This document shows, piece after piece, positions 51,673 through 60,879 of a stretch of DNA of 64,000 nucleotides; position 1 is the stretch's first letter, and each line of letters starts with the position of its first letter. Under the pieces are notes generated by a model. It worked only from the letters and a program-made list of their open reading frames with translations. It did not search any database and was not told where the DNA came from. The stretch is from Eubacteriales bacterium. GTDB taxonomy: Bacteria; Bacillota; Clostridia; Oscillospirales; CAG-272. The stretch covers positions 11,714-75,713 of the forward strand of contig JAZSFA010000045.1 of assembly GCA_045531965.1 (NCBI GenBank), written 5' to 3'. The translations under genes and the position numbers were made by a program.

Positions 51673-53316
51673 ATGCCCATTACGGAATTTTTGGAAAAGA
51701 ACGCACGGCTTCATCCCGATGATATCTGCCTCGTGGAGATCAACCCCGACAAACAACCTGACAAAGGTGTCACATGGCGTGAATATAACCTGATCGAATC
51801 CTCTGCCGATGCTTGCTATCGCAGAGATATGACATGGCGAGATTTCGATCGCCGAGCCAATCGCTTTGCTAATCTTCTCTTGTCTCGCGGCGTCAAACGA
51901 GGCGATAAGGTGGCCATCCTGCTCATGAACTGCTTGGAATGGTTGCCCGTATACTTTGGTATTTTGAAGGCAGGCGCCATTGTGGTACCCATGAACTACC
52001 GTTATGCCTCTGATGAAATCAAATATTGCGTAGATCTGTCTGATACCCGCATTTTGGTCTTTGGACCCGAGTTTGTCAGCCGTGTGGATGTGATTCTTCC
52101 CCAGCTTGATGGCATTACCGACTTTTTCTACGTGGGCAATGAGGAGGATACCCCCGACTATGCCTCCAACTTTTCTCGGATGATCAACTATTGCTCATCC
52201 ACGTGCCCTCCTGTGGAGCTTTGCGATGAGGATGACGGTGCCATCTACTTCTCCTCGGGTACTACAGGTTTCCCCAAAGCCATCTTACACCGTCATAAGG
52301 CACTGATGACCGCTGCTATTACCGAACAGGCGCACCATAGTCAGAAACGAGACGACGTTTTTCTTTGCATTCCCCCGCTGTACCACACGGGCGCAAAAAT
52401 GCACTGGTTTGGCTCTCTGGTATCCTGCAGTAAAGCTGTTCTTCTTCGTGGTGTCAGTCCCGAGTGGATCTTGCAGTCAATCTCTGAAGAGCGCGCTACC
52501 ATCGTTTGGCTTCTCGTGCCGTGGGCGCAGGATATTCTGGATGCTATTGACCGGGGAGAACTGAACCTTGATGAATACCGTCTGTCCCAGCTTCGCCTCA
52601 TGCATATCGGCGCTCAGCCTGTTCCTCCCTCGCTGGTCAAGCGTTGGCAGGAGAAATTCCCCGGTCAGGACTATGATACCAACTATGGTTTGTCCGAGTC
52701 CATCGGTCCCGGTTGTGTTCATTTGGGGGTGGAAAATATCCATAAAGTGGGTGCCATTGGTATTCCCGGTCATGGCTGGGAATGCAAGATTTTGGACGAA
52801 CACCGCAATCCTGTGGTGCAGGGCGACGTGGGCGAACTAGCGGTTAAGGGCGACGGTGTCATGAAGTGTTACTATAAGAATCCCGAAGCCACCGCCGAGA
52901 TCCTTACCGATGACGGTTGGCTTCTGACAGGTGACATGGCGCGTATGGATGAAGAAGGTTTCATCTATCTTGTTGACCGTAAGAAGGATGTTATCATTAC
53001 GGGCGGTGAGAACCTGTATCCTGTTCAGATCGAGGACTTCCTCCGCGCGCATGAGAAGATCAGCGACGTTGCAGTGATCGGTCTGCCTCACGAAAGGCTG
53101 GGTGAGATCGCTGCGGCAATTATCCAAATCAAGGAAGGCATGACTTGTACAGAGGAAGAGATCATGGCATTCTGTCAGGATCTGCCCCGCTACAAGAGAC
53201 CCAGGAAGATCATCTTCGCTGACGTTCCTCGTAACCCCACGGGTAAGATCGAAAAGCCCAAGCTTCGCGAGCGGTATGGCGCAGAGCGTTTGGTGGAAAG
53301 CGCTACAACTAATTGA
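51673..53316 (+). CDS. AMP-dependent synthetase/ligase (class I adenylate-forming acyl- or aryl-CoA ligase)
   Basis: IYFSSGTTGFPKAILHRH, YGLSES, GWLLTGDMARMDEEGFIYLVDRKKDVIITGGENLYP and PRNPTGKIEK. The ATG at 51673 follows AGAGGA. The upstream part of the track ORF is the T-box terminator. Confidence 0.9.
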   Translation: MPITEFLEKNARLHPDDICLVEINPDKQPDKGVTWREYNLIESSADACYRRDMTWRDFDRRANRFANLLLSRGVKRGDKVAILLMNCLEWLPVYFGILKAGAIVVPMNYRYASDEIKYCVDLSDTRILVFGPEFVSRVDVILPQLDGITDFFYVGNEEDTPDYASNFSRMINYCSSTCPPVELCDEDDGAIYFSSGTTGFPKAILHRHKALMTAAITEQAHHSQKRDDVFLCIPPLYHTGAKMHWFGSLVSCSKAVLLRGVSPEWILQSISEERATIVWLLVPWAQDILDAIDRGELNLDEYRLSQLRLMHIGAQPVPPSLVKRWQEKFPGQDYDTNYGLSESIGPGCVHLGVENIHKVGAIGIPGHGWECKILDEHRNPVVQGDVGELAVKGDGVMKCYYKNPEATAEILTDDGWLLTGDMARMDEEGFIYLVDRKKDVIITGGENLYPVQIEDFLRAHEKISDVAVIGLPHERLGEIAAAIIQIKEGMTCTEEEIMAFCQDLPRYKRPRKIIFADVPRNPTGKIEKPKLRERYGAERLVESATTN

Positions 53317-53322
53317 TAGACA

Positions 53323-53366
53323 AGCCTCGGCTGTACAGATGTGCAACCGAGGCTCTCGGTATTTCA
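53323..53366 (+). terminator. Probable terminator of the ligase gene (weak U-tract)
   Basis: AGCCTCGG-loop-CCGAGGCT followed by CTCGGTATTT. Confidence 0.5.
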
Positions 53367-53410
53367 TACAAAAAAATCGGGAAAAGTTTATAAAAAATCC
53401 CGAAAACCTA

Positions 53411-53439
53411 TTGACAAACAACGCGTTTCGTGTTATAAT
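53411..53439 (+). promoter_or_regulatory. Consensus sigma-A promoter of rplU-prp-rpmA
   Basis: TTGACA, 17 nt, TATAAT. Confidence 0.6.
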
Positions 53440-53445
53440 GATTTG

Positions 53446-53589
53446 CCGCTTAAAACGGGCGTCTTTTAAGCGCGGTCATTTTCAAGTTGTCCAAAATGAT
53501 TTTTACCTTGCGAGGTAAAGAAAAATGAGGATAATGAGGAAGGATCGCCGCCCCACTTTAGCGAGTCTTAAAGAAAAGAGGTGCTTTTC
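53446..53589 (+). promoter_or_regulatory. Structured rplU leader (candidate L21-leader)
   Basis: A leader of about 140 nt with the hairpin CCGCTTAAAA..TTTTAAGCGCGG. Firmicute rplU operons carry a conserved leader (Rfam L21_leader). Assigned by position only. Confidence 0.4.
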
Positions 53590-53898
53590 ATGTTTGCTGT
53601 TATCACGACAGGCGGAAAGCAGTACAAGGTCTCCGAGCAGGACATCATCTTCGTTGAGAAGCTGGAGGTTGAAGAAGGTGCGGAGGTTACTTTCCCCGTA
53701 GCCGCTCTCGCCACCGAGGAAGGCTTCAAGGTTGGTACTCCCGTTATCGAGGGTGCTACCGTTACCGCAACCGTACTTAAGAACGGTAAGTCCAAGAAGA
53801 TTTACGTTATGAAGTACAAGTCCAAGAAGAACGAGAAGAAGAAGATCGGTCACAGACAGCCCTTCACTAAGGTGCAGATCGTCAAGATCGAGGGCTAA
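53590..53898 (+). CDS. rplU: 50S ribosomal protein L21
   Basis: MFAVITTGGKQYKVSEQD... The start is trimmed to the ATG at 53590. Confidence 0.95.
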   Translation: MFAVITTGGKQYKVSEQDIIFVEKLEVEEGAEVTFPVAALATEEGFKVGTPVIEGATVTATVLKNGKSKKIYVMKYKSKKNEKKKIGHRQPFTKVQIVKIEG

Positions 53899-53931
53899 TT
53901 TCCCTCAAATCCTCTTTCATGGAGGTGTCAT

Positions 53932-54297
53932 ATGACAAAGATCGTTTTTTATCGTAGTGACGGTATTTTTTATGGCTTTGAAGAGCAGGGACATACAGGC
54001 TATGGCGAAGAGGGCACGGACATTCTATGCTCGGCGCTGTCTGCCATGACCATGTTTCTGATCAACACCATTGAGGTGGCGTATTCCTCCCGTGTGGATT
54101 ACGACATCGAGGATCGAACCACCACCATCCGCGTCCGCGCACGTGCCGCTCTGCCCGAATATGAGGCGGACGAAACCAAGCGGTATGCCGTTTCGGGTCT
54201 GTTTCTCGGCTATTACCAGCAGCTCACAGATATGCTGGAGGAGTATGGAGACTATTTGGATGTCAAGGTCATCAATCGCGCTTATGAAGACGATTGA
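53932..54297 (+). CDS. prp: Ribosomal-processing cysteine protease Prp (YsxB family)
   Basis: GFEEQGHTGYGEEGTDILCSALSAM carries the His/Cys dyad. Its position between rplU and rpmA is canonical. Confidence 0.9.
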   Translation: MTKIVFYRSDGIFYGFEEQGHTGYGEEGTDILCSALSAMTMFLINTIEVAYSSRVDYDIEDRTTTIRVRARAALPEYEADETKRYAVSGLFLGYYQQLTDMLEEYGDYLDVKVINRAYEDD

Positions 54298-54387
54298 TTA
54301 AAAATAACGTCTGTTCGCTTGCAATTCCAAGGTGCACAAGCACCCGACTTACTATGTAAGTTGCCCACAAGATTTATGGAGGTAAGA

Positions 54388-54672
54388 ATGATGTTGAAGC
54401 TCAGTTTGCAATTTTTTGCTCACAAGAAGGGTGTCGGTTCTACCAAGAACGGCCGTGATAGCGAATCCAAGCGCCTTGGCGTGAAGAGAGCTGACGGTCA
54501 GGAAGTTCTCGCCGGCAACATTCTCGTTCGTCAGAGAGGCACCGCCATCCGCCCCGGTAACAACGTTGGTATCGGTAAGGATGACACGCTGTTTGCCCTC
54601 ATCGACGGTCGCGTTAAGTTCGAGCATGCACCCAAGGGCAAGAAGCAGGTCAGCGTTTACGCAGCAGAGTAA
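54388..54672 (+). CDS. rpmA: 50S ribosomal protein L27 with an N-terminal propeptide
   Basis: [38 protein letters not shown] at 54378-54382. The start is either 54388 or 54391. Confidence 0.95.
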   Translation: MMLKLSLQFFAHKKGVGSTKNGRDSESKRLGVKRADGQEVLAGNILVRQRGTAIRPGNNVGIGKDDTLFALIDGRVKFEHAPKGKKQVSVYAAE

Positions 54673-54769
54673 TCTTACGTAAAACGACCGCAACCTTGGT
54701 ATGAATACATTCCGACCCGGGACTTTGCTGTGAAAGACCGATGGGTCGGAATGTATCAGACCCCAATCA

Positions 54770-55018
54770 ATCATCAAAAGCTGTGATCGGGAGGAGTAAT
54801 CCCGGCGCCGCGAAAGAGAAGGGACGGTTGGTGCAAGTCCCCCGCGGCAAACGGATGAAGGTCGCCTGTGAGCTGTGAGCGTGAGCTGTAACATGACAGG
54901 GTAGTGCTCACCGGTGAGAACCGTTATATTCTATAGAGTGCGCATGGAATCTCTCTGTGCGAAATCAGGTGGTACCGCGTCTTCTCGTCCTGATACGAGA
55001 GGGCGTTTTTTGTTTTTA
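54770..55018 (+). ncRNA. T-box riboswitch leader of valS (candidate specifier GUC = Val)
   Basis: AGUA, AGAGAAG bulge, GGUUGGUGCAAG distal loop, GAAG-GUC-G (GUC at 54861-54863), F-box AACCGUUAU, T-box AAUCAGGUGGUACCGCG at 54963-54979, and terminator CGTCTTCTCG..CGAGAGGGCG plus TTTTTTGTTTTT. Confidence 0.85.
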
Positions 55019-55095
55019 GAAACGTCCAGGACTTTAAAGCAAATGATATATTAAAAAGACACATAAAATTTCGAAAGATTTTGGAGGATTCCGGT

Positions 55096-55118
55096 GGAAA
55101 CTATTTTCAAAAGTTTCC
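55096..55118. repeat. Palindrome related to the 3025/24761 family, between the T-box terminator and the valS start
   Basis: GGAAACTattttcaaAAGTTTCC has the same outer arms as GGGGAAACTT..AAGTTTCCCC at 3025. Confidence 0.4.
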
Positions 55119-55147
55119 TATGACGCTTCCAAAAGAAAGGTAGGTAT

Positions 55148-57805
55148 ATGATGAATCCCAACACCGAACTTCCCAAAACCTATGCTCCGTCTGAATTTGA
55201 GGACAGGATCTATCAGAATTGGGTAGACAAGGGCTACTTCAAGGCTCATATCGATCCCGAAAAAAAGCCTTATACTATCGTGATTCCTCCGCCCAACATC
55301 ACGGGTCAGCTTCACATGGGTCATGCATTAGACAACACCCTTCAGGATATCCTCATTCGCTATAAGCGTATGTCAGGATTCTCCACACTTTGGCTCCCCG
55401 GCACCGACCACGCCTCCATCGCCACCGAAGCGAAAATCGTAGAGGCTATGCGTAAGGAGGGGCTGACCAAGGAGGATCTGGGTCGTGAGCAGTTCCTTGA
55501 GCGCGCTTGGAAATGGAAAGAGCAATATGGTAATCGCATTATTTCTCAGCTCAAGAAGATGGGCTCCTCCTGTGACTGGAGCCGTGAGCGCTTCACTTTG
55601 GACGAAGGTTGTTCCAAGGCTGTCCGTAAGGTCTTTGGTCACCTCTATGACAAGGGGCTGATCTACCGTGGTGAGCGTATCATTAACTGGTGTCCCCATT
55701 GTGAAACGTCCATCTCCAACGCCGAGGTGGACTACGAGGAACAAAACGGTCACTTTTGGCATATTCGCTATCCCCTGGTAGGCGGTGGCGGATATGTTGA
55801 AGTCGCGACCACTCGTCCCGAGACTCTGCTGGGAGATACCGCCGTGGCCGTCAACCCCGCTGACGAGAGATACAAGGATCTTATCGGTAAGTACGTTGTT
55901 CTGCCTTTGGTGGGTCGCCGTATTCCTATCGTCGCTGATGAACACGCCCAGTTGGACAAGGGTACAGGTTGCGTGAAGATCACCCCCGCCCATGACCCCA
56001 ACGACTTTGAGGTAGGTCGCCGTTGCCACCTCCCCATGGAAGTGGTGCTGACCAACCGCGCCAAGATTACCGACAATTATCCCAAGTACGCCGGCATGGA
56101 TCGTTACGAGGCACGTAAGGCTATCGTTAATGACCTCCGCGAAGGCGGTTTCCTTGCCGAAATCGAGGATCTGAAGCACGAGGTAGGTACCTGCTACCGT
56201 TGCGGTACCACCATCGAGCCCATGATTTCCCTCCAGTGGTTCGTCCGCATGGAGCCTTTGGCTAAGCCCGCCATCGACGCCGTCCGCGAGGGCAAGACCC
56301 GCTTCGTCCCCGAGCGCTTTGACAAGAACTACTTCCACTGGATGGAGAACAGCCAGGATTGGTGCATCTCCCGTCAGCTGTGGTGGGGTCACCGCATTCC
56401 CGCCTACTACTGCGATGCTTGCGGTCACGTAGAGGTGGCGCCCGACGGCTGTACCGCCTGCCCCAAGTGCGGCGGCTCCGTGACCCAGGATCCCGACACC
56501 CTGGATACCTGGTTCTCCTCCGCGCTTTGGCCCTTCTCTACCTTGGGCTGGCCCGAGGAGACCGAAGATCTGTCCTATTTCTACCCCACCAGCACGTTGG
56601 TCACCGGCTATGACATCATTACCTTCTGGGTGTCCCGCATGATCTTCTCGGCGTTGGAATACACCGGCGAGGTACCCTTCGACACCGTCCTGATCCACGG
56701 TCTTGTGCGTGATGCCCAGGGTCGCAAGATGTCCAAGTCTTTGGGCAACGGCATCGATCCTTTGGAGATTATCGCCAACTACGGTGCCGATGCTCTCCGC
56801 TTTGCGCTGGCTACGGGTAACTCCCCCGGAAACGATATGCGCTTCTCGGACGAGAAGATTGAGGCTGCCCGTAACTTCGCCAACAAGCTGTGGAACGCCT
56901 CCCGCTTCGTCCGCATGAATCTCACCATTGACGAGATCCACCTCCCCGAGACCTCTAAGCTGGCTCCCGAAGATAAGTGGCTTTTGCATAAGTTCAATCA
57001 TTTGGTGGAAAATGTCCGAGCAAATCTCGACAAGTATGAGATTGGTGTGGCTTTGGGCGCATTGTATGATTTCACTTGGGACGTTTTCTGTGATTGGTAT
57101 ATTGAGCTTGCCAAGGCAAGACTCAACGAGAAGGAGACAGAAGGTAACGAGATCTGCCAACAGGTCATTTCCTATGTCCTCAATGGTATCCTCAAACTTT
57201 TGCACCCCTTCATGCCCTTTATCACCGAGGAAATCTTCGCTTCTCTGCCTACCATGGCAGGGGATAAGGAAAGCATCATGATCTCTGACTATCCCGCTGT
57301 CAATGATGCCCACGTATTTGCCGAGGAAGCTGCTGAGATGGAGCGCATCATTGAACTGATTCGTGCCATCCGTAACCGCAGAAGTGAAATGAACATTGCC
57401 CCCTCCCGCAAGGCAGCGTTGTTTATTCAGACTAAGTACGTAGATACGTTCCGTCCCGCAACTCACGCCTTCTTTGCACGTTTGGCTTCTGCCGCCGGCG
57501 TTTCCGTGGCAGAGCAGTTTGATGAGACCATTGTCTCGGCTGATACAGCAGTACAAGTCATCACTCCCGCCGCTACTGCCTACCTGCCTCTCGCGGATCT
57601 TGTGGATTTCGAAAAGGAAAAGGCACGCCTTGACGGTGAGATCGCCAAGCTGGAGCAGGAAGTGCTTCGCTTTGAAAAGAAACTGTCCAATGAAAGCTTT
57701 GTCGCCAAAGCGCCCGCCGCTGTGGTGGAAGGCGAAAAAGCCAAATTGGCAGCCGCTCAGGAAAAGCTGGAAGGCACCCGTGCTGCCAGAGCTAAGCTGG
57801 GTTGA
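55148..57805 (+). CDS. valS: Valine--tRNA ligase
   Basis: PPPNITGQLHMGH (HIGH motif), KMSKSLGN (KMSKS motif), CP1 editing domain, and C-terminal coiled coil. Confidence 0.97.
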   Translation: MMNPNTELPKTYAPSEFEDRIYQNWVDKGYFKAHIDPEKKPYTIVIPPPNITGQLHMGHALDNTLQDILIRYKRMSGFSTLWLPGTDHASIATEAKIVEAMRKEGLTKEDLGREQFLERAWKWKEQYGNRIISQLKKMGSSCDWSRERFTLDEGCSKAVRKVFGHLYDKGLIYRGERIINWCPHCETSISNAEVDYEEQNGHFWHIRYPLVGGGGYVEVATTRPETLLGDTAVAVNPADERYKDLIGKYVVLPLVGRRIPIVADEHAQLDKGTGCVKITPAHDPNDFEVGRRCHLPMEVVLTNRAKITDNYPKYAGMDRYEARKAIVNDLREGGFLAEIEDLKHEVGTCYRCGTTIEPMISLQWFVRMEPLAKPAIDAVREGKTRFVPERFDKNYFHWMENSQDWCISRQLWWGHRIPAYYCDACGHVEVAPDGCTACPKCGGSVTQDPDTLDTWFSSALWPFSTLGWPEETEDLSYFYPTSTLVTGYDIITFWVSRMIFSALEYTGEVPFDTVLIHGLVRDAQGRKMSKSLGNGIDPLEIIANYGADALRFALATGNSPGNDMRFSDEKIEAARNFANKLWNASRFVRMNLTIDEIHLPETSKLAPEDKWLLHKFNHLVENVRANLDKYEIGVALGALYDFTWDVFCDWYIELAKARLNEKETEGNEICQQVISYVLNGILKLLHPFMPFITEEIFASLPTMAGDKESIMISDYPAVNDAHVFAEEAAEMERIIELIRAIRNRRSEMNIAPSRKAALFIQTKYVDTFRPATHAFFARLASAAGVSVAEQFDETIVSADTAVQVITPAATAYLPLADLVDFEKEKARLDGEIAKLEQEVLRFEKKLSNESFVAKAPAAVVEGEKAKLAAAQEKLEGTRAARAKLG

Positions 57806-57820
57806 TCAATGCTTTAAAGA

Positions 57821-57863
57821 AAAAGACATACGGTTCAAAAATGAGCCGTATGTCTTTTTGTTT
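57821..57863. terminator. Bidirectional intrinsic terminator
   Basis: AAAAGACATACGG-loop-CCGTATGTCTTTTTG, between the convergent valS and the reverse-strand membrane-protein gene. Confidence 0.85.
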
Positions 57864-57875
57864 GTACTACGTTAC

Positions 57876-58499
57876 TTATAGAATCATCTGTATGGTCGTG
57901 AGAATAGAATCGGCCATAACGTCTTCCGTAATAGCGGACCATTCATTGGCTCCCGATGCCATCACAAGAGAGAAGAGCAAGAGCATCAAGCCTAAACAAA
58001 CGATCGACAGAATGAAGCCCGCCAGTCCTTTCCCATTAAACTTTCCATTTTCGCGTCCGATGCAAGCAAAGATAATGGAAAGAATGGCGGTGATGGGAGA
58101 AAAACAACCGCAACACAAGATGAGTCCACCGCAGGAAACAATTCCCAATACCAAAGAAGCGGTGTTTAAGCCGCTGTTTTTGTTTTCTGGCGGGGGAGGA
58201 TTACCGTACACCGCCTGTTGATACACAGGATCATAGGCATAAGTTCCTTGATACTGACCTTGTCCTGACGATTGCCAGGAGCCGCTTGAAGGATTATGTG
58301 TATATTCATCATGAGAGGTGTTGGTATTTGAAAAAGAGGAATTTTCGTTTGACGAGGCATTGCCGTCAGGTTCAGTATGATCGTTTTCTATGGTTTCCTC
58401 TTTATCGATGAAGGATTCTTGATGGGGCGGCTCTTTTGGGGGCGGGGGAGAAAAGAGATCCGATTTTCCGCCGGGATTGTTGCTGATAAAATCACCCAT
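57876..58499 (-). CDS. Small membrane protein with a P/Q/Y/N-rich N-terminal region (DUF4190-like by eye)
   Basis: I prefer the start MGDFISNN (ATG at 58499). A low-complexity N-terminal half (GQGQYQGTYAYDPVYQQAVYGNPPPP), then two or three TM segments rich in C/G/I/L. Confidence 0.65.
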   Translation of the reverse strand: MGDFISNNPGGKSDLFSPPPPKEPPHQESFIDKEETIENDHTEPDGNASSNENSSFSNTNTSHDEYTHNPSSGSWQSSGQGQYQGTYAYDPVYQQAVYGNPPPPENKNSGLNTASLVLGIVSCGGLILCCGCFSPITAILSIIFACIGRENGKFNGKGLAGFILSIVCLGLMLLLFSLVMASGANEWSAITEDVMADSILTTIQMIL

Positions 58500-58592
58500 G
58501 ACATGGTTCCTTTCGTTGGGCAAAAAATAGTTACCTCTATTATAGCATATTTTCGCTGCTTGTCAAGAGTTGTTTCTGCCATGTGCTTTAAT

Positions 58593-58622
58593 GGTCTAAA
58601 ATGTTTTTGGGGATCATATAGT
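58593..58622 (+). promoter_or_regulatory. Candidate sigma-E-type promoter of the spoIIIA operon
   Basis: GGTCTAAA-N14-CATATAGT has the same motif and spacing as the site upstream of spoIIID. The predicted start is about 18 nt before the ATG and keeps the RBS GGGAGG. Confidence 0.5.
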
Positions 58623-58647
58623 GTTATCACGGATGGGAGGCGCATAT

Positions 58648-59661
58648 ATGGATCAGAAACACCGAAACGGTTTTGTTATGACACACCGAAGTGCCGAAGT
58701 CGCGAATACTTGCCGACCTGCAAGAGATCTGCCGATGGAAACAGTCAATGTACAGATTCCGAAGAACTTACAAGAATCTTTGCCGAAACATGTATTAGAT
58801 GCCATATATGCGGCTTGCCCTCCCAAAGGACTTTCTCCGGGATATTTGGAGGAGATCCGATTGCGGGCGGATCGCCGCGCGTCCTTGACTGTGGGGGGAC
58901 GCAACCTGATGCTGGATCTGACCCTGAACGCCACCGAACTATTTTCCATCCTCACCCGTATGTGCGGTGGATCGCTGTATGCTTATAGCCAAAATATCAA
59001 TGAAGGTTTTGTGACCTTGGACGGTGGAATCCGTGTGGGGGTGGCGGGAGAAGCTACCTGCGAGGACGGACGCATCGTGGGGATACGGGAAATCAGCGCG
59101 TTATGTATACGGATTCCCCATGCTCATGGACAGATGGGTAAAGAAATAGCAGATCTGTTAAGACGGATGAATGCTGAAACAGGTGTGCCTTACGGTATTT
59201 TGCTTTATGCTCCCCCCGGAGAAGGAAAAACCACCCTGCTTCGAGGTGTGGCTGCCCATTTGGCGGGGGGACGTCAGCCCTTGCGTACCGTAGTCGTAGA
59301 CACTCGTGGAGAGTTGACTTTTCCCTTGGGTGGAGAAACGCTCTGCTTGGATGTGTTGACAGGCTATCCCCGCGCCATGGGTGTCAGTATTGCTACCCGA
59401 TGCCTCAATGCCCAGGTGATTGTCTGCGACGAGATCGGAGATGGCAGAGACGCGGCGGCACTGCTTTCTGCTTACCATGGCGGGGTCCCCTTGGTGGCTA
59501 CAGCCCATGGCAGTTCGGTCAAGGAACTTTTGAGTCGAACAGGACTAAAAATGCTTCACCAGGCGGGGCTGTTTGGCGCGTATGTGGGACTTCGCCGTGA
59601 CGGTTCGGGAGACTTTGTGTATGATATCCTTCGAAGGGAGGCGGTGGCAGATGCTTTATAA
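58648..59661 (+). CDS. spoIIIAA: Stage III sporulation protein AA (AAA+ ATPase)
   Basis: EEIRLRADR, Walker A LLYAPPGEGKTTLLRG, Walker B VIVCDEIG, and ATAHGS. First gene of an eight-gene operon in canonical order. Confidence 0.9.
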   Translation: MDQKHRNGFVMTHRSAEVANTCRPARDLPMETVNVQIPKNLQESLPKHVLDAIYAACPPKGLSPGYLEEIRLRADRRASLTVGGRNLMLDLTLNATELFSILTRMCGGSLYAYSQNINEGFVTLDGGIRVGVAGEATCEDGRIVGIREISALCIRIPHAHGQMGKEIADLLRRMNAETGVPYGILLYAPPGEGKTTLLRGVAAHLAGGRQPLRTVVVDTRGELTFPLGGETLCLDVLTGYPRAMGVSIATRCLNAQVIVCDEIGDGRDAAALLSAYHGGVPLVATAHGSSVKELLSRTGLKMLHQAGLFGAYVGLRRDGSGDFVYDILRREAVADAL

Positions 59662-60151
59662 ATGGCTGGGCGCGGGATTGATTCTTTTGATGGGCGGTTT
59701 TGCGGCATTGTCTATGAATCGCATGGAACATCGACGGTTATCGGTACTGGACGGGTATATCGCACTTTTACGCTATATCAAAGGGCAAATCAACTGCTAT
59801 GCCATGCCGATGTCTGAAATCTTATCCACAGCAGATCCCGAGCTTTTATTTTCTTGTCTTGGCGAAAAAAACAAAGACGGGCAGGGAAGAATCCCAAAGA
59901 CCTATGCACTTCCGGATATGATTCATTTGGCGCGGCTGTATATGGAACCTGAAACAGAACGCTTATTGCGTAATTTTACTTCGGAACTCGGGCAAACGTT
60001 TCGGATGGAGCAGGTGATGCGTTGTGATGAGTACATACAGGCACTTAATGCGGAAAGGCAAAAGCTGGCAGAGGTAACACCTATGAGGGTTCGCGTAAAC
60101 AGCATCTTGAGTTTATGTACCACCTTGGGACTTGTGATCCTACTGTGGTAG
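59651..60151 (+). CDS. spoIIIAB: Stage III sporulation protein AB
   Basis: MLYKWLGAGLILLMGGFAALS N-terminal TM segment, helical body, C-terminal TM segment. The ATG follows GGGAGG and overlaps the spoIIIAA end. Confidence 0.85.
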   Translation: MLYKWLGAGLILLMGGFAALSMNRMEHRRLSVLDGYIALLRYIKGQINCYAMPMSEILSTADPELLFSCLGEKNKDGQGRIPKTYALPDMIHLARLYMEPETERLLRNFTSELGQTFRMEQVMRCDEYIQALNAERQKLAEVTPMRVRVNSILSLCTTLGLVILLW

Positions 60152-60258
60152 TGTCAACTCACGTCTGTTAAGGGGGATGTCAGCTATCGATATTCCCCTT
60201 TCTTACATCGATGCACAGGACGCTATAAAGAGAAAATCAACCCATGAAAGGAAAGAAC

Positions 60259-60453
60259 ATGGATATCTCCTTGATCATCAAAGTTGTCGGCGTGGGCATT
60301 CTTGTTTCTGTTGCGTGCCAAATCCTGTCAAAGTCGGGGAGGGACGAGCAATCCATGCTGGTGACCATTGCAGGCATCGTCGTCGTCCTCTTATTGCTGA
60401 TAGAAGAGATCGGCGGACTTTTCGATACCATACGCTCCGTGTTTGGGGTCTAA
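60259..60453 (+). CDS. spoIIIAC: Stage III sporulation protein AC
   Basis: 64 aa, two TM segments. MDISLIIKVVGVGILVSVACQIL...IAGIVVVLLLLIEEIGGLFDTIRSVF matches the SpoIIIAC pattern. Confidence 0.88.
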   Translation: MDISLIIKVVGVGILVSVACQILSKSGRDEQSMLVTIAGIVVVLLLLIEEIGGLFDTIRSVFGV

Positions 60454-60480
60454 TCAGATGAAGGCAAGGAGGTGTAAGGC

Positions 60481-60876
60481 TTGAATATGATGAAGGTTGC
60501 AGGCATTGCTATTTTGGGAAGCCTTGCACTTTTGATTTTTAAACAGTACAAGCCCGATTGGGGAATTCCTGTCCGCCTGGCGTTAGGTGTGGTGATAGGC
60601 GGGATGATCCTTACGTCCGCGGAGGCGCTACTGGCTTTTGGAAAGACTTTATCTGAAGAAAACGCCACAGTATCCGGCATTTGGTCACTGATCTTGAAAG
60701 CTTTAGGCATATCTTTTGTTACAGAGCTTGCTTTAGGGATTTGTCGAGATAGCGGAGAGACGGCATTAGGTGTATGGGTGGAAATGGCAGGAAAAATGGC
60801 ATTGATCCTGTTGGCACTACCCATGATTCAAGAAATCTTGGACACCGTTCGTACGCTTTCGGGACTGGGAGTTTGA
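60481..60876 (+). CDS. spoIIIAD: Stage III sporulation protein AD
   Basis: About 130 aa, four TM segments, with GISFVTELALGICRDSGETALG...EMAGKMALILLALPMI. TTG start 8 nt after AAGGAGG (alternative ATG at 60487). Confidence 0.88.
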   Translation: MNMMKVAGIAILGSLALLIFKQYKPDWGIPVRLALGVVIGGMILTSAEALLAFGKTLSEENATVSGIWSLILKALGISFVTELALGICRDSGETALGVWVEMAGKMALILLALPMIQEILDTVRTLSGLGV

Positions 60877-60879
60877 CAA

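Noticed and set aside
55373-57556. 727-aa reverse-strand ORF
   Set aside because: It is antisense to valS. The G/V/L-rich translation is typical of a shadow frame.
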